From positions 7,749-71,748 of the forward strand of contig JAIVJP010000284.1 of assembly GCA_020199975.1 (NCBI GenBank): 64,000 bases of DNA. Direction: 5' to 3'. Below are positions 39,301-48,200 of this stretch, piece after piece; the stretch's first letter is position 1, and each line of letters starts with the position of its first letter. Under the pieces are notes generated by a model. The model was not told the DNA's origin. It saw only the letters and a list, made by a program, of their open reading frames with translations, and did not search any database. The stretch is from Acidobacteriota bacterium. Lineage in GTDB: Bacteria; Acidobacteriota; Blastocatellia; Pyrinomonadales; Pyrinomonadaceae. The translations under genes and the position numbers were made by a program.

Positions 39301-39920
39301 AGCAGGCGGGCCTTTTCATCGCGCAGGTCGTTGTAAAACTTTTCGAGCTGCTCGTAGTTCATCCGCTGCGTCGCAGTTTGGTTCGAGCCGGCGGAAGCCG
39401 GTAAGTCTACTTCGACTAACTCCGCTCTGATCTCGTTAGCTTGCCGGCGGTACTTATCTTTTTTCGCGGAAGGCGCAGTTTCAATGTTGTAATTTATGAC
39501 GCTAAGCCGACCGCGTTGATTCTGAAATGGATCGGTTGAGGCATCGAGCTTGGTCTGGATTTGGGCGACCTGCTGATCGATCTCTTTGATTTGCGGCGTG
39601 ACGTTTTCGAGCGCAGCTTTGGCTGAATCATCCAGCTTTTGATACTCAGGATCCTCTTTGACTTCTGCTTCTGTTTTGCCCGCCTGGGCCTTGATGCTTT
39701 TCAAATAGCGTGTGTAGCGGCTGACAAACTCCCGCTGGATTCCTTTCCAGGGACGCTGGCCGATTGCTTCGTCATAGAGGGACCAGGCAAGTGAGAACGT
39801 GAGCAACAGCGCGCAGACGAGCATGATGCCGCTCGTCGAGCGACTCACGATCGGATCCCGCCCCGGAACGTCCGCTTCTCTTTTCACCAACGACTCGGTG
39901 GTTTCCGGACCCTCAGCCAC
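36378..39920 (-). CDS. membrane-anchored multihaem cytochrome c with eight CxxCH motifs, coiled-coil segments
   Basis: 1180 aa with an N-terminal TM helix (IMLVCALLLTFSLAWSLY). The eight motifs are CEVCH, CSSCH, CQQCH, CMGCH, CLGCH, CAGCH, CVGCH and CLKCH. It has two heptad-like charged segments, an ASPSASPSASP linker and a basic C-terminal tail. Confidence 0.85.
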   Translation of the reverse strand: MAEGPETTESLVKREADVPGRDPIVSRSTSGIMLVCALLLTFSLAWSLYDEAIGQRPWKGIQREFVSRYTRYLKSIKAQAGKTEAEVKEDPEYQKLDDSAKAALENVTPQIKEIDQQVAQIQTKLDASTDPFQNQRGRLSVINYNIETAPSAKKDKYRRQANEIRAELVEVDLPASAGSNQTATQRMNYEQLEKFYNDLRDEKARLLGQKAELLKGPSGLAKKRDDFLKHHMPGLGASQIDGLIRKMDTFDYSILPHQISVNAFDIVDRCEVCHVGAREPLDIRAEDLAPGGPGKKPDSLARAFVSHPKKDLLQIHNPDRFGCSSCHWGNGRATTSDVKGHGRHKYWLWPMFEKENTEAGCQQCHAKDRVTQGADTLNLGRDLFYQRGCMGCHRYEGFDREADNLATTRQNISQLEDQITANQKRIRIDENPPEGTSDEDAQKMLAESEALKVTNSILAARIDQLNLQSKYLMQDQKKIGPNLKDVRLKLRKEWVPQWLLDPQGFRPGTKMPTFWRFAAPSGNGPSMRDKDGEEQIQAIAAYLWQDSFDGKLPQQQRGDAAHGKELFETRGCLGCHSIGDEGNDTGGSFAANLQKVGEKANFDYIVRWIHNPRERFAPYCPKEKRDLTADDYAKHNLPYVFDTELHSRCPNDGAELQVQNMTVMPNFRLSETDARDIATYLFSLSSPPQYADASFMDRADLKDKGFGLIKQYGCAGCHEIKGFEDEQRIGKELTVEGATPIERLDFAMLTKEAEEGHDPLGLHPKEKEKPWYNHKGFFEHKITEPSIYDRGKEKDPKDRLRMPQPFLTPEWRNALTTFLLGSVGSEGSNVPSALFYNPEDQRRQDIQNGWWVIKKYNCVGCHQVQVDQRTVVMDLPFYQTPEGKDLLPPRLSSEGARVDPNWLLRFLHDPSLSGEKTPEQTRAIDNAARATASPSASPSASPKPAAQTSGHLKPQPGLDRNGVRPYLKFRMPTFNFSPNELQTLVRFFMAMSGQQEPYIKEPMAPLTEEEKLVARQMFTSGTPCLKCHITGDPAHDATAIAPNFLLAGERLKPEWTFRWLLDPSQISPGTAMPTGLFRKEGDRWVINLPNPPASATAYHDDHALLLVRYMFLLTPDEQRRLLATAPAATAGPPPTPPPVEKAENKLRRRSGETSRRLRRSKRTPLAFNGRVRATAKAPGM

Positions 39921-39950
39921 TAAACGCGTCTCCCCTCGCCTCTCTGCTAA

Positions 39951-40005
39951 GTGGCATAGATTTTAGTCTGTGTCTTCAACGACCACAGACTGAAGGCTGT
40001 GCCAC
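39951..40005. repeat. TTTAG...CTGAAGG hairpin element, copy 3 (different inner stem)
   Basis: GTGGCATAGATTTTAGTCTGTG-loop-CACAGACTGAAGGCTGTGCCAC, between the cytochrome b C-terminal gene and the eight-CxxCH cytochrome gene. Confidence 0.8.
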
Positions 40006-40008
40006 GAT

Positions 40009-41112
40009 TTAGATGTTGAACCACGGTGTAACCCAAACGTACTTAATTGTCAGTGCCAAACGCAGTATTAGTTTCACCGGCATCGCCAGCAAAACACTGA
40101 CCGCGAAAAACTGGAAGGTCAGGTATTGCAGGAGGCTCGTCCGGGCCAAAAGCTTTTGCTCAAACGGATCCTGCGGGAACAACCGCAGCGGTCGCAGTGA
40201 AAGCTTTTTGAAATCCACCGTCATCAGCCAGTGGAAAAACAGTGCGCCCAATATAAAAAAGCCGCTGACCACCAGAAAGCCAAATATAAACTTCCACGGA
40301 TCCGCAGCCAGGAATCCCAAGTGCAACGTCTTGCCTATGCGGCTTGTTGCAATCCAGTCGTGAAGGTCTACGTTTTTGTCGAACACCACGGCGTTGTGAT
40401 CCCACGTCTGCCCTGGCCAGAACCAGATCCAACCGGGTCCACGGATAAAGGTCCCGATAACAATCAGGAGGATCCACATCAGGAAGCCCCAGACAAACAT
40501 GCCTACGGCAAAGCGTCTTTGCTTGAGCGTGTAGTAGCCGTTCCCGAGCGGATTGGAATCCACGTAAGGGAAAACCATCAACCCAACCATGATGAGCGAA
40601 GGCATTACCACGCCGGCAATCCACGGATCGAAATAAACCAGCATCTCCTGCAACCCGAGGAAATACCACGGCGCCTTCGATGGATTCATTGTCAGATTTG
40701 GATTGGCGGGTTCTTCCAACGGTGCATTAAGAACTATCGACCACACAAAAAGGACGAAGGTAACAATCACCGCCGCCAGAAATTCTATGCGCACAAGGTA
40801 AGGCCAAACGTGAATTTCTTTGGCCCAACCCGGCCGCCAGGGCTCGGTCTTGCGATGACTGGTCTTGGAAAGTTTGGGATCCTGCTCGAGGGCCACAATC
40901 AAACGATCGTTGTCGCGGGACTGCTTGATTCCAAGCCAGGTAAAAAATGGCACCAGAAACAACATCGCAACGATGGGAACGTTGTCCGGCGCCGATGAAA
41001 TTTTCCAAAGTTGATGCCAGTCTTCCACAAAGAACACGGCAAGCAGCACTAGCGCGACCACCGCGCCGAGCGTGATCAACGTACCTTTGCTGAGACTGAA
41101 TCGACCTGCCAT
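40009..41112 (-). CDS. cytochrome b C-terminal-domain protein (subunit IV-like, extended)
   Basis: 367 aa, multi-TM, containing the PEWYFL-like motif APWYFLGLQEMLVYF. It follows the cytochrome b N-terminal gene. Confidence 0.8.
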   Translation of the reverse strand: MAGRFSLSKGTLITLGAVVALVLLAVFFVEDWHQLWKISSAPDNVPIVAMLFLVPFFTWLGIKQSRDNDRLIVALEQDPKLSKTSHRKTEPWRPGWAKEIHVWPYLVRIEFLAAVIVTFVLFVWSIVLNAPLEEPANPNLTMNPSKAPWYFLGLQEMLVYFDPWIAGVVMPSLIMVGLMVFPYVDSNPLGNGYYTLKQRRFAVGMFVWGFLMWILLIVIGTFIRGPGWIWFWPGQTWDHNAVVFDKNVDLHDWIATSRIGKTLHLGFLAADPWKFIFGFLVVSGFFILGALFFHWLMTVDFKKLSLRPLRLFPQDPFEQKLLARTSLLQYLTFQFFAVSVLLAMPVKLILRLALTIKYVWVTPWFNI

Positions 41113-41160
41113 TAATCAAACACTCTAGGTACAGAACACTGTGCCACTAATCAAACACTC
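41113..41160. repeat. 13-nt direct repeat TAATCAAACACTC x2
   Basis: Copies at 41113-41125 and 41148-41160, immediately 5' (in minus sense) of the cytochrome b C-terminal gene start. Confidence 0.7.
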
Positions 41161-41332
41161 GAGATGCGTAACCTCATGGTTGGGGAGGGTGGTTTACTCT
41201 CGTTGAATGACACTCAAGCCGAGCGGGGGCAAGCCGCCCTTCCCTACCTGCAGCTTCTCTTGCTTGAATCATTCTTTGTTGTTCTATGGAGCCTCCAATC
41301 AAATCTTTCGCGCTACCTCTTCTTTGCCGGCG

Positions 41333-42262
41333 TTATTTCTTCTTGATCGCTTTCATCTCCGATTCAAGCATTACGGGAGCCGGTCCCGAGATGCCGCCGT
41401 CTTTGCGTATACGCCAGAAATGCACCGCCATAAAGATCGATGCGACGAGCGGAATACCGATGCAATGCCAGATGTAGGAACGCAACAGTGCGTTCGAGTC
41501 AACTATAGAACCTCCCAATAGCCCAAATCGCACGTCGTTAAAAGGGGTCATGCCCAGTTGCACTCCGAATGGCCCTTCCGAACCGAGCATCGGTGTGGCG
41601 CGGGCCATATTTGTGCCGACTGTTACCGCCCAAAAACCAAGCTGATCGTCGGGTAGCAAATAACCCGTGAAGGAGAGCAACAAGGTGAGCACCAACAAAA
41701 CAACGCCCACGCACCAGTTAAATTCGCGGGGACGTTTGTACGAACCAGTCAACACGACGCGGAACATATGCAGCCAGGTCGTGATAACCATTAAGTGCGC
41801 TGCCCAACGATGCATGTTCCTGAGGAGCTTGCCAAAAGGGACATCGTGCTCGAGATACAGAATGTCGCGAAAGGCGTCGGCCTTCGTCGGATGGTAGTAG
41901 AACATCAGCAGTACGCCCGTGAAGGTAAGCACAATGAAAAGATAGAAGGTTATGCCGCCCATGCCCCAGGTGAACGGATAGCGCACTGCATCGCGATTGA
42001 TCTTTGCAGGATGCAGGTGCAAAAAGACGTTTGAAAGAACTGCCAGAGAGCGATTGCGCGGATCGGAACGATCGTGCGAGACGCGAAAGATCGATTTCCA
42101 AAGCTGCGTATCCTGCGGATCTGCGTATCCCTTGACCTCCTCGATCGCGCGCTGCTTGAGCGCAGTGCTGCTTTCCTTGACTCGTCCAACCAGGCTGGCA
42201 CTGCCGGGCTTTTCACCGGTAGTCAGTTCTTCAGTGGACTTCTTGTCTGGGTTCTCTTCCAT
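41333..42262 (-). CDS. cytochrome b, N-terminal (b6-like) domain protein
   Basis: 309 aa with an approximately 70-aa hydrophilic extension and then four TM helices carrying conserved His pairs (FLHLHP, RWAAHLMVITTWLHMF). Confidence 0.85.
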   Translation of the reverse strand: MEENPDKKSTEELTTGEKPGSASLVGRVKESSTALKQRAIEEVKGYADPQDTQLWKSIFRVSHDRSDPRNRSLAVLSNVFLHLHPAKINRDAVRYPFTWGMGGITFYLFIVLTFTGVLLMFYYHPTKADAFRDILYLEHDVPFGKLLRNMHRWAAHLMVITTWLHMFRVVLTGSYKRPREFNWCVGVVLLVLTLLLSFTGYLLPDDQLGFWAVTVGTNMARATPMLGSEGPFGVQLGMTPFNDVRFGLLGGSIVDSNALLRSYIWHCIGIPLVASIFMAVHFWRIRKDGGISGPAPVMLESEMKAIKKK

Positions 42263-42270
42263 GATTTCTT

Positions 42271-42936
42271 CTAAAGCGGAATATAGGCGCCGGGCTCATT
42301 GAATTCGTTTTTTTCTCCCTTTGGCCACACATAGAGCTTGCTGATATCCACAACGATCTGTCCTTCAGCGTCGAGCTCAACGTGCGCGCGGTCCATCGGC
42401 CGCGGGGCCGGTCCTTCAAAGTTGATACCTTCGCTGTCGTAACCACTGCCATGGCAGGGACACTTGAACTTGTTTTCGCTTGCCTTCCAGTCAGGCGTGC
42501 AACCCAGATGGGTGCAACGCGCATAGATCACAAACATGCGATCGGAAGTCTTATCTACCCAGATTCGGTACTGCTGTTGCCACTTGGTATCCACGCCAAG
42601 CGCGTAGTCGGCTGGAAAACCAACGCGGAACACGCTGGACGGTTCAAGGATTGAGCGTGGCAGGAAAAACCGAAGAAACATCAGGAAGCACGTCGTAAGA
42701 AATCCGACAATGCTCGCCCAAACTATCCGCCGCCGCATTTTGTTAACCGGAGGATCGGGTGTGCTCTCGACCACAGCACCCACCGGCTTTGCTGCGCTGC
42801 CGGAAACTGCACGAGCGGGTGGCGCGGCTGCGGGAGGGGGTCCAGGCGCAGCCGGCCCGGCACCTGCAGGCGCCTGGGCCGTCGGCGTGCTCGGCACTTC
42901 GCCCGCGGACGACTGCGGATCAATCCGAGTATCCAC
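42271..42936 (-). CDS. Rieske [2Fe-2S] protein of a cytochrome bc-type complex
   Basis: 221 aa with a GTG start, an Ala/Pro-rich N-terminus, twin-arginine MRRRIVW plus a TM helix, and cluster motifs CTHLGCTP and CPCHGSGY. Confidence 0.9.
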   Translation of the reverse strand: MDTRIDPQSSAGEVPSTPTAQAPAGAGPAAPGPPPAAAPPARAVSGSAAKPVGAVVESTPDPPVNKMRRRIVWASIVGFLTTCFLMFLRFFLPRSILEPSSVFRVGFPADYALGVDTKWQQQYRIWVDKTSDRMFVIYARCTHLGCTPDWKASENKFKCPCHGSGYDSEGINFEGPAPRPMDRAHVELDAEGQIVVDISKLYVWPKGEKNEFNEPGAYIPL

Positions 42937-43162
42937 TACCCTCGACCTCCCTCAATTGAGTTCCGAAGATACACTTCAACCGAACTCACAGAGTGAAATA
43001 TACAATTCCCCGCCATGCAGGGATCACCCTCTGCGCACGAACACGATATTCGTCTATACATGAAGAACCCGTGCCAATAAATGTCTTATGAATCGCGGCG
43101 CGGTGCGTATTTATAACCCGTTTCAGGAATTACTGGCAAGAAGTTTTCTGATTTCGGGAACC

Positions 43163-44134
43163 TCAGCGGGGACAACGTATGCGAAGCGCGCGCGGAACGA
43201 TTTGAAAAGTCGCGGGCAGAAACCCCGGCAGTTCACCGTCAAGTTCAAGTTGAATACGCTGATCCTTATCGATCGGACTGGCCGTAATTTTAGCGGCCAG
43301 CGCATGTTGAACTTCAGGCATACTCAAATGCGCACCAAAATATAATAGAGGTGCATTAGCGAGTATTCGGCTTAAGCTCAGATCCCCAATACTAACGACG
43401 TCAAACTTGCCGTCGGTCAGCTTTGCATCAGGCGCTATCTTCATCCCGCCGCCGAAATACTTGGCATTCGCAACGCAAAGATTTGCCACCGTCGTCCGCT
43501 GCGCTGATTTGTCGTCAAGCTGAATTAACACGCGTGTAGGTTTCATTCGGGCCGCGCTTTGTAGCATGGCCGAGCCAAATGAAAAGCGGCTCGTTAGCCA
43601 GCGCGGCGCTTTCGCCGGCAGCCACTGAGGTCGCCCGGCTTTTACGCGGGCGATTACGTCTGCACTCATTCCAAACGATGCGACACCAAGAAAATAACGC
43701 GTTTCCTGTTCGACGCTGCCGGTAGTGTAGGAAGCACGGCCCACATCAATGCTACGAGTTTGACCATCCCGCAAAATCACGGCGGCTGCTCCGGCACGGT
43801 TCGGAATATCAATAGTGCGGCGAAAATCGCCTCCGGTGCCGCTGGGTAGAATTCCCAGCTCTGCGTCGCATCCGGAAGCAAGGATCCCATTAGCGACTTC
43901 AGAAATCGTGCCATCCCCGCCGCACGCGATAATTAGTTTCGTTCCCTTGCGCGCCGCGTCGGCCGCTATCTCGATTCCTTCGGCTGGTTTGGTCGTTAAC
44001 GCCGGTTGGAAAGGGCCAAAGTTGGCCCTTAACTCGCTGGCAATCTTCGGCCAAGCATCGGCTGTAGCGCCGCCGGCAGAAGCAGGATTGATGATGACTA
44101 AGGGGAGCGACATTTTAACGCTTAGCGGGGGCAT
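43163..44134 (-). CDS. diacylglycerol/lipid kinase (YegS/BmrU family)
   Basis: 323 aa with the motif IIACGGDGTISEVANG. Confidence 0.85.
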   Translation of the reverse strand: MPPLSVKMSLPLVIINPASAGGATADAWPKIASELRANFGPFQPALTTKPAEGIEIAADAARKGTKLIIACGGDGTISEVANGILASGCDAELGILPSGTGGDFRRTIDIPNRAGAAAVILRDGQTRSIDVGRASYTTGSVEQETRYFLGVASFGMSADVIARVKAGRPQWLPAKAPRWLTSRFSFGSAMLQSAARMKPTRVLIQLDDKSAQRTTVANLCVANAKYFGGGMKIAPDAKLTDGKFDVVSIGDLSLSRILANAPLLYFGAHLSMPEVQHALAAKITASPIDKDQRIQLELDGELPGFLPATFQIVPRALRIRCPR

Positions 44135-44261
44135 GCCCGCCTTACCGACCTGTAGACTCCTTACTAGCTTGATTCATTGCGTCTTGAGAGACTTTCCATC
44201 TCGGGTTAACAAAATTCAACTACTATCAGCTCTAGGTTGGGAAGGCGGGCTTGCCCCGCTC

Positions 44262-45017
44262 TTATTCTCTCCCGAGACTCAATCGACGATCTTCTTCACC
44301 CAGCTCCGCAATCTTGCTCATGGCAAACTTGGAGATCTCTCTGTACGTTCGTGCCCGGTCCTTGCGCGACAAGTAATCACTCAAGTCGAGTTGAGGTCCA
44401 AAATGGATGCGAATCTTTTCGCCGCCGGTCCAGTTCCCCATCACCTGCTTCGGCAAATCGTTTCCCAGGCCGGCAATAAAAACCGGAACGACTTGCGGCG
44501 CAGCGTCCTTGATCAGTTTGCCGACCCCTGGCTGCGCCGGCAGAAATGAATATGGATCGGAGCTTTTGTTACGGGTACCCTCGGGGTGAAAACCGATAAT
44601 ATTGCCCGCACCCTGGCGACAAAGGCTTGTAAGTAACGCAAACGAATACTTATCAAACGCTCGCCTGTTTACCAGCGGTTTCTCACCCGAAGCGAAGAAC
44701 GGCGGGTACATGGACCACCAGCCCATTACCAGATTCACAAACAATCCTAACGGCCCCTGGTAGAAAAAGCGGCCGCGCACTGGAAAGAAAAGCTGTTTCC
44801 GCCACTGTGTGTTGCGAAAGAGTACCGTCGATACGGTATACATATCGAAAAACGAACGATGGTTTGCGACCAGCAGAACAGGCCGCTTCGGAGAAAGCGC
44901 GTGAACATTCTCCAAACCGTAAACCTGCATCAGGTTGTAAGTAGAAAAATGGATCCATCCGGCACCAAAGACTCTTTGGCACCAGGTCCAAAACCGTTTC
45001 CAGTTTCCCTGATTCAT
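44262..45017 (-). CDS. 1-acyl-sn-glycerol-3-phosphate acyltransferase family protein
   Basis: Carries the HX4D motif NHRSFFD and an EGTR motif (PEGTRNK). The start is uncertain: the ORF-track start at 45287 reads through the hairpin at 45090-45200 and overlaps the metH 3' end, so I trimmed it to the first ATG downstream of the hairpin. Confidence 0.75.
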   Translation of the reverse strand: MNQGNWKRFWTWCQRVFGAGWIHFSTYNLMQVYGLENVHALSPKRPVLLVANHRSFFDMYTVSTVLFRNTQWRKQLFFPVRGRFFYQGPLGLFVNLVMGWWSMYPPFFASGEKPLVNRRAFDKYSFALLTSLCRQGAGNIIGFHPEGTRNKSSDPYSFLPAQPGVGKLIKDAAPQVVPVFIAGLGNDLPKQVMGNWTGGEKIRIHFGPQLDLSDYLSRKDRARTYREISKFAMSKIAELGEEDRRLSLGRE

Positions 45018-45089
45018 CCGAGATACGAGATTGAAGGCGAATCGTTCGAAAGATGATAAGACAGCAAATTCTTCAGGCGTGGGTTCGGG

Positions 45090-45200
45090 GAATAGTCCAA
45101 TGTCCAAAGTCGAAAGTCCAAAATCTTTGTCGCGTGACTTCACTTCTACTTCGGAAGATGCTCGCGGCACAGGACTTTGGACTTTGGACATTGGACTATC
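45090..45200. repeat. paired-heptamer hairpin element (AAAGTCC / GGACTTT)
   Basis: Left arm AATAGTCCAATGTCCAAAGTCGAAAGTCCAAA; right arm AGGACTTTGGACTTTGGACATTGGACTATC. In the core, 27 of 28 positions are complementary. It starts 2 nt after the metH stop. Confidence 0.9.
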
Positions 45201-45201
45201 T

Positions 45202-48200
45202 TTAGTCGATCGAAAAGTATTTCGCTTCCGGGTGATGAACAATGATGGCGGAAGTGGATTGCTCAGGCTCGAGTTGAAATTCTTCACTTAGTTCTACATC
45301 GATGCGGCCTGGTTCGAGCAGTTCGAAAAGTTTCGCCTGGTCTTCAAGATTGGGACAAGCCGGGTAACCAAAACTAAAACGTGAACCCTGATATTGCTGG
45401 CGGAAAAGCTTGTTTATATCGGCTGCATCGTCGTCGGCAATGCCCAACTCCTCGCGAATGCGCTTGTGCCAAAATTCAGCAAGGGCCTCGGCGCCTTCTA
45501 CGCTTAGCCCATGGAAATAAAGATAGTTGGCGTAGTTGTCGCTTTTGAACAGCTCATGCGCGTACTCACTGGCACGACGCCCCATGGTAACGAGGTGGAA
45601 TGCAACTACATCCATGCGGCCCGATTCTACGGACGCAAAAAAGTCGGCCAGGCAAAGGTGCTTTGACGCAGGCTGGCGCGGAAAAGTGAAACGCAGACGC
45701 TCAATTTTCTGATCGTCCTCGTAAACTATCAGGTCATTACCCGATGATTGCGCGGGAAAATATCCGTAAACAACCTGCGGCAGTAATAGCTGTTCGCGCT
45801 TACTTCTTTCTATGAGCCCTTCATAAATAGGACGCACCGTCTCGCGCACAAGTGATTGATATTCTTCCGCCGGTCTGCGTCCCTGTTTGAACTGCCACTG
45901 CCCTTTAAACAGGGCGGTTTCATTCACGAAGGAAAACACGTCGTCAAGATCGATATTGTCGACCACACGGGAACCGTAAAACGGAGCTTGAGGAATCAGG
46001 ACATCGGTGCGAATCGCGGAGCGCGTCGTGTGCCTCGTATCGCCGTCGCTTATTGCTCCGCGCGGCTTTGCTCTCTTACTGATGCCGAGCTTCGCTTCCT
46101 CTCCGACGCGATCTTCTATGTCTTCAGTCTGCTCGCCCTGGGTGGCGCCCGCTGCCGCTGCCGCCTTCGTAAGATCCGCAGTGATTACTTGTTCGCCGTT
46201 ACCGCCGACGAGCTTATCCATCGTGTGTAATCCGGCAAATGCATCACCGGCATAGTAAAGGCTGCCTTTATAGATAGACTTCAGATCCTCGTCTACGTAG
46301 CGACGGGTCAATGCTGCGCCTCCAAGAATTACCGGCACGGTTATGCCGCGCTCGTTCATGAGATCGAGATTGTCCTTCATGATCAAAGTAGACTTTACCA
46401 GCAACCCACTCATGCCAATCGCGTCCGCCTGGTGTTCCTCCTGCGCCTGGAGAATATTGTCAATGGGCTGCTTGATGCCGAGATTTATTACTTTGTAACC
46501 GTTGTTGGTGAGAATGATGTCGACAAGGTTTTTCCCAATGTCGTGAACGTCGCCTTTGACAGTGGCGAGCACCAAGGTGCCCTTCGCCGTTGCCCCACCC
46601 TTCTTCTCCATAAAAGGTTCCAGAAAACGCACGGCCGCTTTCATCGCTTCCGCTGACTGCAGGACGAACGGTAGCTGCATCTGCCCGCTACCAAAGAGAT
46701 CGCCGACGACTTTCATACCCCCAAGCAGGATATTGTTGATGATATCGAGCGCGGGATATGCTTCCAGCGCCGTGGTGAGTTCTGCTTCCAACCCGATCTT
46801 TTCGCCGTCGATGATGTGATTCTTAAGACGTTCTTCAACAGTCGCACCCTTGGATTCCTTCTTCGCGGCCTTACTCTTCACGTTTTCAAACAATGTCGTG
46901 AACGCGGTCAGCGGATCATAAGTACAAACATCTCCCTCAAACTCGCGCCGGTCGTAGATCAAGTCACGCGCGACTTTCAGCTCCTGTTCACCGATTCGAT
47001 TCAGCGGTTCAATCTTGCTGGCGTTAACTATTGCGGCATCCAGGCCAGCTTCTACTGCGTCGTGGAGAAACACGGAGTTTAATACGACACGAGAAGCCGG
47101 ATTCAATCCAAATGAGATGTTGGAGACGCCGAGAATTGTGAAACAGCCGGTTAATTCCTTTTTAATTCGACGGATTCCTTCGATTGTCTCCAGCGCGTTG
47201 CGGCGGTCCTCTTCAATGCCGGTCGATATCGGAAGTGCTAACGGATCGAAGAAGATGTCACTGGCCGGAAGACCTAATTCACCTGTTGCCTGTTCGTACG
47301 CTCGTTTGGCGATGGCAAATTTCCCATCAGCAGTTCGCGCCATCCCCTCTTCATCGATTGTTCCAATGACAACGCTGGCGCCGTAGCGCTTCGCGAGATC
47401 AATGACTTTCGTGAAACGCGGCACGCCGTCTTCATAATTCGTCGAATTCAGAATGCTCTTACCACCGGCGTGCTGCAGACCGGCTTCCATCTTCTCCCAC
47501 TCGGTGGAGTCAAACATCAGCGGCAGCTTGATATTTGTTACAAGTCGTGAGGCAAGCTGGTGCATATCCTTCTCGCCATTGCGGCCCACGAAGTCGACGT
47601 TCACGTCCAACACGTGTGCGCCTTCGCGCTCCTGCTCTTTTGCCAAAGCAACCAGTCCATCCCAATTTTCGGCGTTGAGCAGGTCGCGCATCTTCTTAGA
47701 GCCGCTGGCGTTTACTCGCTCGCCTACAATTAGAAACGAGGCATCCTGCACATACGGTTGTTGAAAATAGATCGACGAAGCAGCCGGGATAAGTTTTGCG
47801 TCGCGGCTCTTCGGTGAAATGCGCTGCATTGCTTCGACCACTAACTTCAGATGAGCTGGCGTCGTGCCGCAGCAACCACCAACCACGTTCACACCGAAGT
47901 CACTGGCAAAGTGAATGACTTGATTCGTGAAAGTCTCCGGGGTCTCGTCGTAATGCATTTTGCCTTCAACCACAGAAGGCAATCCGGCGTTAGGCAGCAC
48001 CGACACTGGCAGCGGGGCGTTCTCGCACAGGTAGCGAATGCTTTCGGTCATGTGTCGCGGACCGGTCCCACAGTTCATACCGATTACATCGATCGGAAAT
48101 GGAGCCAACGCAGTTAGTGCGGCACCAATCTCGGTCCCATTGAGCATCGTGCCAAACACCTCGATGGTGACCTGCGCGATAACCGGAACGCGCACACGAT

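Noticed and set aside
40231-40998. 255-aa plus-strand ORF, and similar long antisense ORFs at 43815-44549, 23350-23976, 30092-30652 and 54720-55256
   Set aside because: All lie antisense within genes with strong family motifs (cytochrome b, lipid kinase, M14 peptidase, oxidase subunits, UbiE). They are open reverse frames of the kind expected opposite real genes.
41174-41272. 32-codon minus-strand ORF (MIQAREAAGREGRLAPARLECHSTRVNHPPQP) in the cytochrome b spacer as a possible small bc-complex subunit
   Set aside because: It is not hydrophobic and has no well-spaced Shine-Dalgarno sequence. It also overlaps the GC-rich hairpin, so it is more likely non-coding.
44262-45287. Full 341-aa ORF-track version of the acyltransferase
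   Set aside because: The first 90 codons read through the AAAGTCC/GGACTTT hairpin (peptide MSKVQSPV...) and overlap the metH 3' end by 86 nt. I trimmed the start, which remains uncertain.
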